Notes: a model not told the origin generated them from the letters alone. A stretch of DNA of 64,000 bases from the human T2T-CHM13v2.0 reference genome, Homo sapiens (GCF_009914755.1 NC_060928.1), one strand, 5' to 3'; numbered from the stretch's first letter, positions 17,844-38,970 are shown. Program-made: numbers and translations.

Positions 17844-18281
17844 CTAACAAATTCTTCTCTGTCTGTTTCATTGACTCCTTTGACTACCAAATTCTGACAT
17901 CAAACTGCATGGGATCAGGTGGATCTGGGTTCAAGATCTAGTTCTTTACTTGTGAGTTCTGTTAACATGACAAGTTATTTGATTCCCCTGAACCTTAGCT
18001 TTCTGGTCTGCAGTACTGAGTTAACAACACTTACTTACACTGTACCATAACGACTGGGAGAGAAATATTTCAAATATTTAAGGCAGCTGTTGGAAGAAAG
18101 CAAGCCTTATTAAAAGGAAGTTATAGTTATGACTGTGGTTCATCATATCTTAGGGCTTCAACTTTCATTTCCATGCAGCTTGACAGACTGCAGCCTCAAG
18201 TACTCTTTCTACTTCTATGACCTAATTTCTAATTGCTGCCTTTCCCAGGTTGTCTTCTAGCTCTATCAGTGAAAAATACTA

Positions 18282-19209
<928 letters not shown>

Positions 19210-19785
19210 GCAATTTAAGACCAAAGCTATCATCTTCTCCTCAAACTAAATCTAAGAAACAGTGTCTCCTCCTAGGTAACAGGATTCTCAGGAATCCAGG
19301 TTGAAACACTCCTGGCTAGCTTTGACTTATTCTCTGATTCTTCTGTCTCCCCATCCACATCTAATCAGTTCCAAATCTGACTCATTTTCTATGGTATGGT
19401 TGTTGATTTTCCTTCCTCTTGTATTGATTCCCAGTGCCACTGCTCTTCCCGCTTCTGCCCACCCCCTAACCCCCCGGCTCCCATCTCAGTGTCTCATAAG
19501 CTTGTACCCGGGCTATTCCAGTAGTCTTTTTACTGACTCCTCAACCCACAAGATCTTTTGTGCCTGCTTTTGCCGGATTAATTTCCTAACGCAAGACTCA
19601 AAAAGACCTTCAGAAACAAATAAGGCACAAACTCATTGGTCCGACTTTCAAGGCTAAAGGTTCAAGACTTTCGAAAATGACTTAGCCCACATCATTTGAT
19701 TGCTTAATAAGTGCTTCTTGAGTATTCAGATTCAAGCAATTCCTTGAGAAATACTATGATTATTTCCTCAATTCAAATCAGGATT

Positions 19786-20425
<640 letters not shown>

Positions 20426-20749
20426 CAGTGCTACTCTTCTTTGCATTCATGCTATCCCACCTCTTGACTGTAGGGCCTCACCCTCCTTTACACATTTCCT
20501 CTCCTCTGCCACAAGGAATGGATCAAGAATGGTTCCAAAGTATTTGATCTGAGCAACCAGAAGAATGCAGGTCTGAATATGGAAAGGAATGGGAATGAGC
20601 TGGAAATATGAAAATGGGATGCTTGATTGAGGCTATAGAAAAAGGCTTAAGAAAATATTAAGAAAGACAAAATCCAGAGAGGCCCATGGGAGTGTATGGT
20701 TAAGATAGGGTAGAGACAAAATTATTAAAGGTGAGGAGATTAAGAAAAT

Positions 20750-21540
<791 letters not shown>

Positions 21541-21687
21541 AAATTAATATTGACATTGCTAGTATCTCATATTCATACCCCATTCAAGTTTTGCCACTTA
21601 GATCAAAAGGATTCAATGCCAAATCAAGCATTATGTTTAGTTTATCATGTTCCTTTAACCTACTCCATTATAGAAAGTTTCCTTGGT

Positions 21688-22074
21688 TAGTGCCTCTGCC
21701 CGGCCGCCAACCGTCTGGGAAGTGAGGAGCGCCTCCGCCTGGCCACTGCCCCGTCTGGGAAGTGAGGAGCGCCTCTGTCTGGCTGCCAACTGACTGGGAT
21801 GTGAGGAGCGCCTCTACCCGGCTGCCAACCGTCTAGGAAGCGAGGAGCAGGCGCCTCTGCCTGGCTGCCAACCGTCTGGGAAGTAAGGAGCGCCTCTGCC
21901 CAGCCACCCCATCTGGGAAGTGAGGAGCGCCTCTGTCCGGCCATTGTGCAACCTTCCAAGTGTGAAGTGACAGCCTTGTGTGTGATCTTTTCTGTCTTCC
22001 CCAAGTTTGCATTTTCGACATTAAAGTTTACTTTTTAATTAAAAGTTTTAAATTGGAGAATATATACATAAAAA
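21688..22074 (+). mobile_element. SVA2-type retroposon (VNTR plus unique 3' end), 5'-truncated
   Basis: About six ~40-bp SVA VNTR units (GCGCCTCTGCCCGGCCGCCAACCGTCTGGGAAGTGAGGA), then TGTGCAACCTTCCAAGTGTGAAGTGACAGCCTTG instead of SINE-R; short A tail; TSD AGAAAG(T/A)TTCCTTGGT at 21672-21687 and 22075-22090. Confidence 0.85.
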
Positions 22075-22285
22075 AGAAAGATTCCTTGGTCTTCTATTGA
22101 CTTTTATGACCCTGATAATTTTGAAGCTTGTAGTTAGCTTATTTTGTAAAATGCCCTTCAATTTGGGTTTTTCTGATATTTCCTTGTGATTAGATTCATG
22201 TAGCAGGATGATCACAGAAGTGATGTCGTGTACTTCTCATTGTATGGTACCAATGGTGCACAGTTTCAATTTGTCCCATTACTGA

Positions 22286-23030
<745 letters not shown>

Positions 23031-24127
23031 CTGATGATGTTCATTTTGTATAATTTTTTTAACACACTCTAAGAAACCAGAATAATGTTGTTGTTTTAGA
23101 GATAGGATCTTGGTCTGTCACTCAGGCTGGAGTCTAGTGACATGATCGCAGTTCACTGCAGGCTCAAACTCTTGGGCTCAAGCAATGATGATGTTCAGCT
23201 GGATCACATGATTACTGTGGTGTCTGCCCGCTTTTTCACTGTAAAGAGACTCTCTTTTCCTTTATAATGAATAACTATGTAAATGTCCCATCCCTTCAAA
23301 CTCTTAATTTACTCATGTTTTAATGTACATCTGAATGGGCTCATGATTTCTATTTTAGCAAATAGATTATAATTTGTTACTATAATTATTTAATTTAATG
23401 TTCAAATCCTGACCACACCGGCCAGGGGAAGCCCATTCAAGTTCACTTCTGTGTCCTTTGACAGATCCTCATCATTGTTGGAGTACTGTCTTGATTTCTG
23501 GTACAAGATGTTCCAGGCTCATCGTGTGCATTCTCAGTCTTAACTCTAGAATCTGCCAGCTCTCCAAGAAGTCCTCATTCCTTTTAGTGAAAAACAATAT
23601 TTAGAAACCAGATCTGAGCACTAGGTGTGTTCATTGCTCATGGGGTGTCGCTGCTCTCGGCACACGGAGCTAGGGAATAGAAATGTATATGCATATATAC
23701 ACATTTAAAACTATATTATTCGTTGATCTCTATATATGATAAACTTTAAGTTTTCACCAACACATCTAATTCTGGTTCAACAATTCAGAATTTATCCTAG
23801 TTTTCCTTATTTCCATAGAGACCTGGCTGTCATTATTCTTATCGCATTTATTTATTTGATCAATCCTCTGGAGTACGGCTAATATCCCATCTCATTCTCC
23901 CATGTGACAGGCTTTCTCTCCTGTTTGAGTCCTGACTTCCCATGCCAGAGGCTGCCCTGCTTCATGGACAACTTGCTCACCTCTCCTGGGTGCTGACACC
24001 CCACATCCCTTCACCTGGCATCCCACTTATGCATCCTGCCCAGGCTCTGCTTCCTCATGCTGGGCCACTGTGGATTCCTCTGTCTCCCAACCTTGGAGGT
24101 CTACCATGCTCAATTTACCTAAAAATT

Positions 24128-24330
24128 AGAGGGAGGGGGAGAAGAGAGAAGGGAGGTAGAAGTGTAGGGAAGTGAGAAGTGGAAGGCAGATGAAGGAGGG
24201 AGGGGAGGGAATAGAAGAGAAGTGGGGTGGGTAGAAGGAGAATGGAAGAGAGGAGGAAGAGGGGGAAAAGAAAGAGAATGAAGAGGGAGGGAAGGGTAAA
24301 GAGAAGGGTGGAAGAGAGGAAAGGTGAGGA
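24128..24330. repeat. Polypurine low-complexity tract
   Basis: About 200 bp, nearly all G/A. Confidence 0.85.
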
Positions 24331-24356
24331 AAAATGTGTAATTTTTAATCTCTTTA

Positions 24357-24985
<629 letters not shown>

Positions 24986-25452
24986 AAGCAAAGGCAAACA
25001 TGATAAAATGTTAAGTTTTGACAAAGGCTGGGTAATGGCTAAATGAGTGTTTGGTGGGTTTTTTTTCTTTCTTTTTTTGTATCGTCTGTGGTTTGCTTTT
25101 CATACTATGTGTGATAGGGTTTCCTTCTTCTTGAATTATTTCCATGCCATTATGGACTGACATTCTTATAAATATACTAAAAATGAATAAATAGAAAAGT
25201 GAAATAGCAAACCAAAGACATGTAAAATATAGGCTCCCCAATTTTTATTATTAGATTCAAGAGACATAAGATTATTCTGTGAAAGCACTATGAAATTTTC
25301 TAAATGCATTCTCTCAATTTCTTCGTTTCTCCACTGACCAGTAGTAAGAGCCATGAGGAGCACTGTCTGTTAGCAACCCACAGTTTGAGTAACACTGTAG
25401 TCTAGATTTTTTCTTGCTCGACATATGACTTTTAAAAATAAGATGAAAAACA

Positions 25453-25800
<348 letters not shown>

Positions 25801-27537
25801 TCACAGCTGTGTTCATGAATTTGTGGGTGACTAGGTGAGGCCTTCTGCAGGCATTCATTCCACTGCCAAAGCATCCTGCCAAAATAATGGTGTTTAGGGA
25901 CTGGTAAGCTGCCCTGACCTTGACTTCCTGGAATCCAGGGATGAAAGAAACAAAAGAGACAGAGAGCAGACTGGGAGAACCAAAGGGACAGAAGCCCAGG
26001 CAGACAGAAGCCCATTAGAAGGCTCCTTACAGAACACAAAAACTTCTAAGCAGAGAGAGGAGATGGGCAGGCCATTGTAAAGAGATTACTTTCAAAAAAT
26101 TGCATCTGTGGGTCTGGATCTTCCCCAGACAAGGCAGTCTCCTTTCCAGTCATTCCTGGTCCATGAGCCTGAGTAACTTGGAGTGTTGGCAGCTACTCTG
26201 AAAACCACGCCTTTGGCTCCACGTTTTGCAGACAGTGACTACCCCCTGAGAGCCTTGTCTCCTGTCATCTGTGTGGAGATTCTGCAGTCCCCATTGTTCT
26301 GGGATCCTGTAAACAAAATCACAGTGGAAGAGGGGAGATAAAGAACAGATGTGACCAGCACATCTGAAATACAAAACAAAGCACGACAGAAAACAAGGGC
26401 GCTGCACAGTTTTCTCCACAGTGGGGATCAGGTTTCTATGGGGTTTGACTTCGCCTTGGCACAGGGCGCTCCGAGTGGGTAGTGAGCGTGCTCAGCACAG
26501 GAAGAAAGGGGCTCTCTGTGGTGTTCATTTTGAAGGTTTATGTTTTTAGAGCAGCCATTTTGATTTGAAAAATGTGTCAGCTTAATGCCTTCTCCCCAGG
26601 GGCCTGAAAGACCATTTCTTTAAGTGTGAATTTCCCAGCAAAATATTTACTAGATTTTTGGGCTTTTTTTTTTTTTTTAAGTATAGTTAACCTGGAATTT
26701 TCCCTAATAGTTAGAAGTGTTTTTTTCTTTAAATGAACCCTTTAGCGCAGTCGTGTAGAAAATACTATTCTTCATATTTCCTCTGCTAGAAGGCTTTATG
26801 TTGCATTTTCCTTCCCCCAATGGCATTTTTATCCATGCCTGACAAGCCACTTTGACAGGTGGCCCTGGGAATTCTCTAGAGGCCAGGATGAGGTCTGGAT
26901 ACCATTCCTGGGTGGTCTGAGAGCAGGGTATTTAAAGCTAACTTTTCACATTCTGGGTCTGGAATTGTTTCTGAATCCATTCCTCAGAGGTCTGCTGCTT
27001 GTTCTATGAGACTTTTCCTTCCAGTATATGAACTGGGATTTTGGCTGCATGTGCTCATTAAGAAAACCATGTCACTTGTCTCAAGTGTAAAAAAGAGTGT
27101 TTCAAATGTTCCTGGAAAACTTTCAGCTGGTCTACCTCCATGCCTAGGTCCTTCTTATAATTTCCCGTATTCCTCCCTGCCCGGGTTGTCCATCAGAGTT
27201 ATTTCTGAGGCAGAATGACTGCCATGGTTCAGCCAGGCAGACTGGCTGCCTGTAGGTGATGGGTAAAGTCATTGATTTGGATGACTGACTGACACTGTAG
27301 AGTTCCTTAGAGAAGGGGCTCAGGGGTGAGGAAGGTGTTCCTAGGCTGGATTTCTATTAGTGTGGCCAAGACAGAAGATTTATAACAACCCTTCAAGGAT
27401 TTAATACCCTTTTGTGGATATGATCCCAGAGGATCTTATTAATGCAGAGGCTCATTCTAAAGCGAAGAAACTCAATAGACATAAAAGCAGGGGGGAAAAA
27501 ACCTAGCCTTTATTCCCAAAGATTTACTTAGGATGGA

Positions 27538-27855
<318 letters not shown>

Positions 27856-28145
27856 TAATGAAGCCCCATTCACGTGTAATTTCTTAAATGTTTTTGAGCC
27901 TATTTACCTAATTATTTTATCTTCTATTTTTTAATTGACAAATAAAAATTGTATATATTTATGGCATACAACATAATGTTTTGAAATTTGGAGTGGCTAA
28001 ATCAAGCTAATTAGCCTATGTATTACCTTACGTTATTTATTATAATTTTTAATTGAAAAAATGTTTGGTGTGATCCTTTTGGATTTGTTGTCAGCATCAG
28101 CATGGCTATGAACATACACAACTAAGCACTTAGAGACTGTTCTGA

Positions 28146-28925
<780 letters not shown>

Positions 28926-29005
28926 CCACAGTATGACTCTTAAGGGAATGAAAAGACAAGACTGGGAGAAATTCTTTGTAAAACATGTATCTGATAAAGA
29001 ATTTA

Positions 29006-29447
<442 letters not shown>

Positions 29448-30285
29448 TCAGCAATTAAAGATTTTAATTAAAAATGGACAAAAGAGCTGAACAGACACCT
29501 CACAAAAAAAGATATGCAGATGGAACAAACATGAAATGATGCAATACATTATATGCCATTAAGGAATTGCAAATTAAAACAACAATGAGATATCACTGCA
29601 CACCTATTAGAATGGTAAAAACATATTTTAAAAAACACTGACACCACCAAATGCTGGGTGAGGATGTGGAGCACCAGGAACTCTCATTCATTCCTGGTTG
29701 TAAATGCAAAATGGTACAACCATTTTGGAGGACAGTCCGGCAGTTTCTTACAAAGCTAAACAGTCTTACTACATGATCTAGCAATTGTGCTCCTGGGTTT
29801 TTACCCAAATGAATTAAAAACTTATGTCTACTCAAAAAGTTGCACATTGATATTCATAGCAGCTTTATTCATAATTGCCCAAAACTGGAAACAGTCAAGA
29901 TGTCCTTTGAGAAGTGAATGAGTAAATGGTAGTACATCCATAAAATGGAATGTTATGTGATGATAAAAAGGAAATGAGCTATCAACTCATGAAAAGACAT
30001 GGAGGAAACTCAAATGCATATTTCTAAAAGTAGCTAGTCTATAAAGGCTACATATACATACTTTATGATTCCACATATACGACATTCTGGAAAAGGAAAA
30101 GCTTAGAGGCAGTACAACGATCAGTGGTTGCCAGGGGTTGGGGAGGAGGGAGGGAGGAATGGATGTGGGTGAAGCATCACTATTCTGTGTAATATTACAG
30201 TGGTGGATATATGATGGTATGCATTTGTCAAAACCCATAGAACTGCACAACACAAAGAGTGAATCCTAATATAAACTATGGCCTT

Positions 30286-30578
30286 GGCCAGGTGTAGTGG
30301 CTCACACCTATAATCCCAGCATTTTGGGAGGCTGAGGCAGGAGAATCACTTGCGGTCAGGAGTTCGAGACCAGCCTGGCCAACATGGTGAAACTCTGTCT
30401 CTACTAAAAATACAAAAATTAATCAGGCATAGTGGCACACAACCTGTAATCCCAGCTACTCGGGAGGCTGAGGCAGGAGAATTGCTTGAGCCCGGAGGCG
30501 GAGGTTATAGTGAGCTGAGATCGCACCACTGCACTCCAGCCTGGGTGACAGAGCGAGTCTCCATTAAAAAAAAAAAAA
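30286..30578 (+). mobile_element. Alu (AluS)
   Basis: Dimeric Alu; TSD-like ACTATGGC(C/T)TT. Confidence 0.93.
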
Positions 30579-30965
30579 TCACTATGGCTTTTGTTAATAA
30601 CAATATATTAATATGGGTTCATCAATTGTAACAAATGTACTGCATTAATTCAAGATGTTAATAATAGGGAAAACTAGGGGAGGTGGGAGTATATGGAAAC
30701 TCTTTGTACTATCTGCTCAATTTTTATGTAAACCTAAAACTGCTCTAAAAAGTAAAGTCTAATAATTTTTTTTTAAAAGAGACTCAAAATGATCAGTTTC
30801 ATGATGAAGGGAAACTCTGTCTTCTACTATATCTCATATCTTTGCTTGTTCCTCAAGGGCCCTGGTCTAGCTTGTTAACCATCGTATTCCCAATGGCACA
30901 TAGATGCTCAATAAAGACTGCTAAATCAGTATGTTCAAAAGGCTTAGCCATTAAAACCTGCTCTT

Positions 30966-31260
30966 GGCTGGGAGCAGTGGCTCACGCCTGTAATCCTAAC
31001 ACTTTGGGAGGCTGAGGTGGGTGGATCGCTTGAGGTCAGGCATTGGAGGCCAGCCTGGCCAACATGGTGAAACACTATCTCTACAAAAAAATACAAAAAT
31101 CAGCCAGCTGTGGTGGCAGCCACCTGTGGTCCCAGCTACTTGGGAGGCTGAGGTGGGAGGATCACTTGTGTCCGAGAGTTCGAGGCTGTAGTAAGCTGTG
31201 ATAACACCGTGATCAGCCTGGGTGACAAAGTGAGATCCTATCTCAAACAACAACAACAAC
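30966..31260 (+). mobile_element. Alu (AluJ-like) with (CAA)n tail
   Basis: Dimeric forward Alu. Confidence 0.9.
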
Positions 31261-31482
31261 ACTTTTGTTCTTATCACTTTATACTCTGTTTGACAGACAG
31301 AACTTGACCAAGCACAAACCACTGAATTATTAGTTATTATGTATGGAACATTTAATGTGTATCAGCCATTTTTCTAGAATCTTGACATGTAGTACTTAAT
31401 AATTCATTTACTCCTCATGAGAACCTGGTGAAATGGTACTTGTTTTACAGATGAGGAAACTTGGCCATAAAGAGTTTAAATA

Positions 31483-31799
31483 GGCCGGGTGTGGTGGCTC
31501 ACACTTGTAATCCCAGCACTGTGGGAGTCTGAGGCAGGTTGATCACCTGAGTCAGGGGTTCAAGACCAACCTGGCCAACATGGTGAAACCCCATTTCTAC
31601 TAAAACACACACACACACACACACCAAAAATTATCCAGGCGTGGTGGTGCACGCCTGTAATCCCAGCTACTTGGGAAGCTGAGGCATGAGACTCGCTTGA
31701 GCCTGGGAGGCAGAAGTTGCAATGAGCCAAGGTCATGCCACTGCCACTCTAGCCTGGTCAACAGAGCAAGACTCTGTCTCCAAAAAAAAAAAAAAAAAA
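31483..31799 (+). mobile_element. Alu inserted in a MIR, with a (CA)n in the linker
   Basis: Dimeric Alu; flanks TTTACAGATGAGGAAACT and CAAGGTTACAG...GAGCCAGGATTCAAACC are MIR core. Confidence 0.9.
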
Positions 31800-32236
31800 G
31801 AGCTAAAATAACGTGTTCAAGGTTACAGAATCTGTGAGTTATAGAGCCAGGATTCAAACCTAGAGAGTCTAGCTCCAGAGGCCACACTCTTTGACAACTC
31901 ACTACAATAAAGCTGTGAGAATAAAGACGTGTACTTCCTCACTTAAGGAGATTTCAGTATACCAGGATAGTGAGGCATGAAGACTACAGACTATTGTAGA
32001 GAGGGCTGATCTCTGTCCTCTGGAGGGCTCACCAAGCACAGCTCTAATGGATACACCTCAGCGGGGTGGCTTGTTTATCTACATCCTGAGCCTAGTTTTC
32101 CCTTCAGACACTATCACAGTCGACATTACTTACTGATCCTTTCTTCTGTGTTCATCATTTCCCCCAATTAGACTCAGACTCCTTGAGGTCGGGGATGACT
32201 TCTTATAATTGGCTCTCTACCTGCATGGTGAATGGT

Positions 32237-32605
32237 TGTCTTAGTCAGTTCAGGTTGCTATAACAAAATACCTTAGACTGGGTAATTTATAAATAACAGA
32301 AATTTATTTTTCACAGTTCTAGAGGCTAAGAAGTCCAAGATCAAGGCACTGGCAGGATCCCTGTCTGGTAAGGGCTGCTGTCTGCTTCCAAGATGGCACC
32401 TTGTTGCTGAGTCCTCACATGGTGAAAAGAGGGCAAAAGACCCAGGGAGCTTTCTGAAGCCTTTTCTATAAGGGTATTAATCATATTCATGAGGGCTCCA
32501 TCCTCATGGCCTCCTCACCTCCTAAAGTCTCTAGCTCTTAATACTATCACATTGGCAATTAAGTTTTGACATATGAATTTTGGGGGACATATTCAGACAC
32601 TAGTA
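32237..32605 (-). mobile_element. Solo MaLR LTR (MLT1A/MLT1A0-like)
   Basis: TGTCTTAGTC...CACAGTTCTAGAGGCTAAGAAGTCCAAGATCAAGG...ATTCAGACACTAGTA; degenerate 5-bp TSD ATGGT/GTGGT. Confidence 0.85.
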
Positions 32606-33059
32606 GTGGTTAATAAATACTTTTGGATTGATTCACTGTTGGGAGAACACTCAATAAGAGAACAAATTCAAGTCCAATTTTGAATAAAAATAGAGTTGAA
32701 AAGTTATTGGGTTTGTGTTTGTTTTTTAGGATGTTTGGTAGCAGATTTCCACTTTATTTACATTTGGTTAACTGTGAAGTCATAGTGTTTGATGTTAGCC
32801 ATATCTTTGATGGCCCATTAGGGGGCAAATGCTTGTGTAAACCATTCATACAAAAGCAGAGAGGGGTCCCCACTGGATCCCAGAGTTAAGGGGTCAGGAA
32901 TCACCAGACTTGGTGGAAGGGGTCAATCTTCGGGGAGTTGGAGAGCTATGTTTTAGCCTAATATCGTCACTGGTGCTGTGTCTGGGGTAGGTCATTTAAC
33001 TTCTCTAAGCCTCAGTTTTCCCATCCATGACATGAAAGGTCTCTTTTTTGTGGGGGTGG

Positions 33060-33336
33060 ACAGAGTCTCGCTCTGTTGCCCAGGCTGGAGCACAGTGGCG
33101 TGATCTCAGCTTACTGCATCCTCTGCCTCCCTGATTCAAGCGATTCTCCCGCCTCAGCCTCCAAGTAGCTGGGATTACAGGCACACGCCATCATGCCTGG
33201 CTAATTTTTGTATTTTTGTAGAGACAGAGTTTCACCATGTTGGGCAGGCCAGTCTTGAACTCCTGACCTCAGGTGATCCACCCGCCTCGGCCTCCCAAAG
33301 TGTTGGGATTACAGGTGTGAGCCACCACACCCGGCC
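33060..33336 (-). mobile_element. Alu (AluSx-like)
   Basis: Reverse dimeric Alu. Confidence 0.93.
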
Positions 33337-33593
33337 AATGTGAAGATAATTTTACCTGCCCTGCCTACTTTTTGTGTCAACTGAGATTTTGGTAAGTAAA
33401 AGATCAGGATGTTATGTAAATTGAGAGAGAACATGGTAGAAAAGGATAGTGATTAAATATTTTGTACTTCATTTGACATTAATTCTGCATTAGAGGCTTA
33501 TTGTTTGAAACAGGGCATTGTATAAACACCTTTTTTTTGCTGTTGCAGGATATGTTAAGGGCTTCTGAAAGAGGGTTTTGGTCATCTGGGTTA

Positions 33594-33970
<377 letters not shown>

Positions 33971-34191
33971 AATAACATATATAAAACATCCAGCCCAGTG
34001 TCTCACATGTAGTAAGAGTTTGCTGGTTGTTATCGTTTCACATGACAGCCATGTTAGGTTTATTTGCATATATGCCAGTCAGTCCTATTTGATTATAAGT
34101 CCCCTGGGGGCAGGCTCTGAGTGTACTTATCTTTGTCTTTCTTCTTCTGGAACTGAGAACTCCCTGAAGGCAGGGACTGTTTCTTATTCTT

Positions 34192-34901
<710 letters not shown>

Positions 34902-36577
34902 ATTTCTTATTCTTGTAGATATTTGTTCTTAGCAAACAGCAGGCACATGGTAAGCAACATAGAAACTAGGTTGAATGAGTGAATGAATGAATGAATGAAG
35001 GAGTAAATGAATGGATGGAAACCCACAAAAATGAAGAGAATGGAAACCCAGGAATAGAGTGTGATTCCATATGCCTGTTATTTTTGCTTGACATTAATTA
35101 TCAGATCTTCTCTGCTAGGATCTTGGCTGACATGCATTTGCTGGAGTTGACTGGATTATATAATTGCTGTTTTCTGTCTCTGCTGTGATTATGACTGAAA
35201 CAGTGGATACATTTACGGTGCTACATAAATAATAATTATTTTAATTATGGTTTGACCTGTACAACATATTCTAGCAACGTAGCTGACTGTGCATTTGTGT
35301 ATGTGCTCCCTTGAGAGTCCTGGAGAAGACTCCTATTATGAGGGTACAAAGGAATCTCCCCTCTATGCACATGGTAATTTTACAATTATAACATGGAGAA
35401 TTACAATACCACTGTAATTATAGCAAGTTTTCAGAACAAAATGGCTTTGAAATAATATATAATCTAGCTGTATTGTACATATGTAGTATAAAATTTAACA
35501 ATATTTTATTTTTGGTGCCAGGAAAAATGGATGTATGGCCATTTTTCCAGCTTCCTATAAGAGTACAAAAGTGACTTATAAATTTTAAGTGAGACTTAAG
35601 CAACATGATTTGTGTAACATGCTTAACTAAGTGCCCAGCATGTAGTAAGTGCTCAGTAAGTATTAGGTAACTGAACTTAACTAACAACAATGATAAAAAA
35701 AAATCGGTATCATTTGGTCATAGTGTATCTAAGTAAGCATTTGATATAAATGATGGTGTCTCTGCATTTTAAAAATGATCCTAGGGAACTCAGATTTGGT
35801 CCACATGCCACCTGTAGGCCCTCACCAATTCAGCGAACTTTTTTTTTTATCCCACTTGTACTGCATAGGGGACCATGCTAGGCACTGGAGGGGTTGAAGA
35901 ATGGTTTAGGCCCATGGAGCCCATGGGTAGGACACAAAGATAAATATGATAATAACTGCTGCTATGAAACTGACAATGTAGTGAAAGAGACAAGACAGTC
36001 ATGGAATAATAGAATTCTCACTGAGCACTTACTACATGTCAGGCAGTACTCTATGATTTTACTCATGAAAAATCATTTAATCTTCACAGAGACAAGGAAA
36101 CGGAGGCATAGAGAGTTAAATAGGGTGTTACAGATAAGCAGCAGTTGAGATTCCAACTCAGGCTGTCTGATCAGAGTCTACACTCTTGACTGCTATATTA
36201 TGTTTTCCCCTTTACACCTCACACCTTTAGTGTGCAAATAGCAGTTATATAAATATAATTTGCAGAGAGGGGTAAGAGAACTACTGTGGGTACATTACAG
36301 CCAAGATATTGGGACTACTTCTCCAAGGAGTGAGATTGAGTAAGAAAGAACAGCTGCCTAGAGGTTTTGACTGACACTCCCCATTTCCACCAAGTCTGGG
36401 GTAGACTACTCCTATGGGATCCCACAACAACTATAATTACCCCTATTTGAGCCCTAAGTACATTTTACTGCAATTGCCTGTTTATCTGTCTCTTGGCCAT
36501 TAAATATATAAGCTCTTTGACCTGCTTGGACATATTTGTATCCTGAGCATTCAGGAGACCCTCAAGAGTTCACTGAG

Positions 36578-36736
36578 GGCTGGGCAGAGTGGCTTGCACC
36601 TGTAATCCCAGCACTTTGGGCGGCCCGGGCGAGAGGACCTCAAGCCCAGAAGGTTGAGGATGCAGTCAGATATGATCATGCCACTGCACTCCAGCCTGGA
36701 TGACAGAATGAGACCCTGTCTCTTAAAAGAAAAAAA
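36578..36736 (+). mobile_element. Alu monomer (FRAM-like or internally deleted Alu)
   Basis: 5' end of left arm joined to right-arm 3' end and A tail. Confidence 0.75.
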
Positions 36737-37462
36737 TTTACTGATATGAACTGTCACCATTTTTTTCCCTGAAATTAGATGTTTTACACAATAAAATGAA
36801 TACAGTTAATTTAAAAGACCAGATGCCTTGCAGAAATGCTCATTTATATAGTGCTAAGATTTGTTGAGCATGTAGCTCAGGATTTGAAACAGTTTTGTGG
36901 CTAAAAATCAGTAGGATTACTGGAGCAAAAGTAAACCTTTTAAATGCATATGTCATGGAGGATGAATGTTTCCCAATTATCTGGAAAGTTAATATGGCAT
37001 TTTAAATGAAATAACAATAAATCCTCCTTCTGCTCTCATTTGAATGCTCTGTGCTTTTCTATTCTATTCACACATAAAGGATGTTCAGCCTTTCCAGTCC
37101 AGTAGGAAATACATAGCCATGGTTGTCAGACGGGTGCTATTTAATTGAGTAGACAATAGAGGGAAACCAGGTTCACACAAGAGAGGATGACCATATTTCA
37201 GAAATGAACAAAATTAACAATTTATGATAATTAATGTATTCTCAAATTCCTTCCAAGGAATACTATTTTTCATGTTATCAAATTCTGCCTCCATTGTTAT
37301 TGAAATGTTAGAATATTAGAAGCATATTCTTTCTCACACCAAAGTTACTGGCTTCAGGATCTGAGTCAGCTGATTTCTAAGGGCACTCTCTCCTGGAAAA
37401 CATTAGGGTGCTTTTTGGAGACATGGAGGGCTATGCGTTTATTTTTAAAAATTCATTTCCTA

Positions 37463-37781
<319 letters not shown>

Positions 37782-38026
37782 CTAGAAGACACAAACCCTC
37801 CCCCAGGACTTAAGCCATACTCTGCTTCTTCAAGAGCCCTCTTTGGGTTCCCCCTGATGCTTTTTTCTCGAGGCTCCTGGCTCACAGACAAGCTCTGAGC
37901 TGCCTGTCTATGCATTGCTTGGTCTGCCACTCAGGCCCTTACCATGTCCACTTTTGGCAATGTTTTTCATGCATCTTCAGTGAGTGTCAAAACTCCATCC
38001 CCAAAGGTGATATTTGACATTATTTT

Positions 38027-38325
38027 GGCTGGGCACGGTGGCTCACACCTGTAATCCCAGCACTTTAGGAAGCTGAGGAGGAAGGATCCCCTGAGGCAAG
38101 GAGTTTGAGACCAGCCTGGACAACACAGTGAGACTCCTGTTTCTACAAAAAAAAATAATAATAGTAACAATAATTAGCTGGGCATGATGGTTCGTGCCCA
38201 TAGTCTCAACTACTAGGGAAGCTAAGGCAAGAGGATTGCTTGAGCCCAGGTCAAGGTTGCAGCAAGCCATGATCACACCACTGCACTCCAGCTTGGGCGA
38301 CAGAGCAAGACCCTATCTCAAAAAA

Positions 38326-38377
<52 letters not shown>

Positions 38378-38378
38378 A
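38027..38378 (+). mobile_element. Alu (AluJ-like) with (GAAA)~13 microsatellite tail
   Basis: Dimeric Alu; AAAG repeat at ~38325-38378. Confidence 0.92.
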
Positions 38379-38419
38379 ATAAATATATATATATAACACA
38401 TTGTCTGAAATAGACTGGA

Positions 38420-38970
38420 TTCATTCATTCGTTCCTTCAAAAAACATTTGATGAATGCCCAGTATATGCCAAGCACTGTCTGGCAGGCACAGGCACTAGA
38501 GTGGCTTATGAAGTAGTGAGGCTCCTTGTTTTCATGAACTTTATACTCTAAAGAGAGGAACAAACAAAAAAACCAAGCAGATGAGTATGTACCTATAAAC
38601 TGTGATGAGTGCCATGTGGTAGCCCTATGATGAGAATAAGAACAGGAAGGAGGGGTCAGGGACTTCCTTCCTAAGGACAGACATTAAATCTGAGATAGGA
38701 GGGGTAGGGAGGAAGGCTAGCGAAAGGGTGGGAGAGAAGGTGAATGGAGAAAAGTTTTCCAGGCAGAGGAAAGCAGTGTGCAGATCCAGAGGTGGGAAAG
38801 AGCTTGATGGATTTTAAGAAGGAAAAGACCATTGTAGTAAGGAAAAAGAGTGGTATGAGATGACATTGGAGAAGATAGGCAGAGCCACATTTAGGTGTCT
38901 GGGTTTTGTTTTAAATTCAATGGGAAGCCATCGAAGGCCACTAAGTAGGAAGTGACACTAATCAGATTTA
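38420..38970 (-). mobile_element. L2 3' end
   Basis: TTCATTCATTC...AAACATTTGATGAATGCCCAGTATATGCCAAGCACTG...CCAGGCAGAGGAAAGCAG...AATGGGAAGCCA. Confidence 0.7.

Noticed and set aside
21690-21945. Repeat-spacer-like array (GGGAAGTGAGGAGCGCCTC)
   Set aside because: It is the SVA-family VNTR; the intervening parts are degenerate copies of each other.
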